Shown piece by piece: positions 57,619 to 59,803 of a stretch of 59,803 nucleotides of DNA (position 1 is the first letter of the stretch; each line of letters begins with the position of its first letter). The position numbers were made by a program, and so were the translations under genes. The stretch is from Candidatus Anaerobiospirillum stercoravium. GTDB taxonomy: Bacteria > Pseudomonadota > Gammaproteobacteria > Enterobacterales > Succinivibrionaceae. Below the pieces are notes generated by a model. It worked only from the letters and a program-made list of their open reading frames with translations, did no database searches and was not told the DNA's origin. The stretch lies in contig DXIF01000103.1 in NCBI GenBank assembly GCA_019113025.1, positions 1-59,803 of the forward strand, written 5' to 3'.

Positions 57619-59532
57619 TTATTTACGAGAGCGGCGTATGGCGTTGCGCTGCTTGTGCAAGCGCTTGAGATGGCGCTTATGCTGTTGCTTTTCTAGGTGG
57701 CGCTTTTGGCACTTTTCGAGCTTCTGCGTTGGGGTCTGAGCCGCTGCGATATCGGCGGCACTCATCCCATCGTCCGCCGATGTATCTTCTGCACTTGCCT
57801 CAGGGAGCACCACTTCAGCTAAACCAGCGGCGACTAAGCAGGCCGCAGTTTGAGCTGAGCACTGGTACTCCTCTTGAGTGGCAATGGCATGGAGTGCTGC
57901 CGCAAGCTGCGCGGAGCTGGGCTTGTTCGCCGGATTTAGTACCGCGGCACAGGCTCCCTTATCCGTAGACGCCGCTACCTCCGAAGCGGCGGAGGTGGTG
58001 TCAGGGGCGTGGTCCATGGAGCTCAGTGGCGTATCAGTTGCGCCGAACTGGTCGGACGCGGCGCTTTTCGCGGCGCAGGTTTCTTGGTCCGTGGCGGCCG
58101 CTACCTGGTACGTGGTGGCCGCTACCTCCGAAGCGGCCGAGGTGGCTTCAGGAGCGTGGTCCATGGAGCCTAGCGGCGTATCAGTTGCGTCGAACTGGTC
58201 GGGCGTGGCGCTTGCCGCGGCACAGGTTACCTGGTCCGGGGCTGCCGCTACCTTCGAAGCGGCAGCGGTGGCGTCAGGGGCGTGATCCATTGGGCTTAGC
58301 GGCATCTCACTTGCGGGGGTGGCCTCAGCGCTGGCACTGGCGCTGGCACTGGTGGTGGCAGTGGAGTTGGGGGCGGCGGTGGCACGGGCCGTGCGTTCTG
58401 GACTCGCGCTTGCTGTGGTCGTGCTTGGCTCCGCCTTGGTGGTGCGGCGGGACTTAGTGGCACGCTTGGTGCGGGTCTGCTTTGCCTTAGGGACGATCAC
58501 GGTGTCTGCTAACATCTTGTGGATGTTGGAGTCGGCGTACTCGAAGGTATCAGGAGCGATCCAAGCTAAGTGCGGGTAGAGCTCAGGGAGCTTAGAGCTC
58601 CACTTTAGCAGCTGCTCGATGAACTCACGGGAGCTGAGCGTGAGCAGGTGCTGAATGCGCTTGACGTAGGCTCTGAGCTTGCGGGCATTGCAGCAGAGGA
58701 GCGGCCGGATTACGTCGTCCACACAGAGACGGGCGCCCTCAGGGAGTAGCGCACGTCGCTCTAAGAGCGCTTGCACGAAGTGCGATACTTCCTTGGCCGT
58801 GGGCACTGCGGAGAGGTCCTCGGCGCTGAGAGTGGTGAGGCCCGCGGCGACTGGATCGTCCCAGATGTGCGCGCACTCCTGACGCAGGTCTTGGTAGTAG
58901 GGGTGATCGCAGTTACGTTGCCACTCAATTAAGTGGCGCGGGGCATAGACGTTAAGCTGCTCGGACAGGCGGCTGAGCGTGTCGCGACTTAGGCCCAGTG
59001 GGGCGAAGCTCAGGTCAAGCATGGCCTCGGTGAGCAAGGCACGCTTGCTGGGCTTAAGCCAAGTTACGGTAAGGCTTGTGGCTAAGCCCAGTTCCAAGGT
59101 GCGGGGCTTGGCCTTGATCGTGACTTGCGTTCCATCGGGTAAAGTCTCAAGTTGCGCTTGAGCGCTGCGTTGCACCTTGGTTAAGGCGGTCACACCGCGC
59201 GCCTTGATCGGGCTTGAAGCAAAGCACGCTTCGCGCACCTTTAGCGGGAGAGGCGCGACAGCCTCAGTGCCGTTGAGATTGGGATAAAAGCGGCCGCTGG
59301 CGCCAGTGGTGGCATGGCCCGTGAGCTTTTGCTGCAAGGCTTTGCGCGCTGCGGCCCGCTGTTGCGCTTCAGTCGGCGCAGGCAACTCAACGCTGGGCGT
59401 CAGCGCGGGCGCCCCCGTGCCGCCAGGATGGGCTGCTTCAGCGTTAGGATCCATTGCGGCTGCGGCTGCGGCTGGTTCAGGCGCGCCCATCTCGGGTGCG
59501 GGCGCTGGGTGGGTAAGATTGTTATTAGGCAT
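57619..59532 (-). CDS. Hypothetical protein with globular core and C-terminal tandem repeats
   Basis: 637-codon ORF, SD AAGGAGG; Ala/Pro N-terminus, three ~42-49-aa repeats, basic C-terminus. Confidence 0.7.
   Translation of the reverse strand: MPNNNLTHPAPAPEMGAPEPAAAAAAMDPNAEAAHPGGTGAPALTPSVELPAPTEAQQRAAARKALQQKLTGHATTGASGRFYPNLNGTEAVAPLPLKVREACFASSPIKARGVTALTKVQRSAQAQLETLPDGTQVTIKAKPRTLELGLATSLTVTWLKPSKRALLTEAMLDLSFAPLGLSRDTLSRLSEQLNVYAPRHLIEWQRNCDHPYYQDLRQECAHIWDDPVAAGLTTLSAEDLSAVPTAKEVSHFVQALLERRALLPEGARLCVDDVIRPLLCCNARKLRAYVKRIQHLLTLSSREFIEQLLKWSSKLPELYPHLAWIAPDTFEYADSNIHKMLADTVIVPKAKQTRTKRATKSRRTTKAEPSTTTASASPERTARATAAPNSTATTSASASASAEATPASEMPLSPMDHAPDATAAASKVAAAPDQVTCAAASATPDQFDATDTPLGSMDHAPEATSAASEVAATTYQVAAATDQETCAAKSAASDQFGATDTPLSSMDHAPDTTSAASEVAASTDKGACAAVLNPANKPSSAQLAAALHAIATQEEYQCSAQTAACLVAAGLAEVVLPEASAEDTSADDGMSAADIAAAQTPTQKLEKCQKRHLEKQQHKRHLKRLHKQRNAIRRSRK
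57940..58302 (-). repeat. 3x ~126-147-bp coding repeat (PLxxMDHAPxxTxAASxVAA..DQxTCAA)
   Basis: PLSPMDHAPDATAAASKVAA / PLGSMDHAPEATSAASEVAA / PLSSMDHAPDTTSAASEVAA in the translation. Confidence 0.85.
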
Positions 59533-59563
59533 AATCTGCCTCCTTTGTAAGTTGAGGTACGGG

Positions 59564-59803
59564 TTAGAAGGTGAAACTCAGGGCAAAGGAGATACGGCTT
59601 TCCTTATCCGCATAGCGTGGGGTGTCCCCAATGCCGTGGCTAAAGTCGAGCTCAGCGCTGAGGCCATGGCCAACGTAGCTCAAGGCAACTCCGGCACTGG
59701 CGCCGCTATCGGGCAGATAGGAGCGGTCGTAGACCTGAGCAAACTCGAGATGAGGACTTAAGGTCAGCGCCTCGTAGTGGTCATAGCTGCGGGTACTGTC
59801 GGT
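59564..59803 (-). CDS. 3' end of an outer-membrane beta-barrel protein (possibly ShlB/FhaC TpsB-type), truncated by the window edge
   Basis: Not in the ORF track. Manual translation TDSTRSYDHY..SASAGVALSYVGHGLSAELDFSHGIG..SRISFALSFTF* shows alternating beta-strand patterns and a terminal Phe (BAM signal). Confidence 0.65.
   Translation of the reverse strand, partial: TDSTRSYDHYEALTLSPHLEFAQVYDRSYLPDSGASAGVALSYVGHGLSAELDFSHGIGDTPRYADKESRISFALSFTF

Overview
This is a GC-rich gammaproteobacterial chromosomal segment. Gene order and protein style suggest Aeromonadales/Succinivibrionaceae, possibly Anaerobiospirillum-like (inference). It is mostly housekeeping: an mltD-like transglycosylase, a LysR regulator, ligA-zipA / cysZ-ptsI-crr, pntAB, queA-tgt-yajC-secDF, smpB, an MCP, rpsO-pnp, three tandem NSS transporters, slt, tRNA-Leu(GAG), ycaO-lolB-ispE-prs and asd. 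The most unusual content is a set of intact but apparently catalytically dead proteins. (1) A PTS EI + EIIA-Glc pair has no HPr gene between cysZ and ptsI; EIIA lacks both active-site histidines and EI lacks PEP/Mg-binding residues. (2) Two tandem degenerate EAL-HDOD (YuxH/CdgJ-like) paralogues are present, one with a ~850-aa disordered N-terminal extension and a possible internal start. (3) A 1145-aa ORF downstream of tRNA-Leu looks like an eroded, possibly domesticated IS1634-type transposase. Also noted: a rewired S15 leader pseudoknot, apparent over-representation of CTNAG, and widespread short tandem duplications that expand proteins and intergenic regions. No CRISPR array, rRNA or intact mobile element was seen. 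All family comparisons are from recalled motifs, not from searches that were run.
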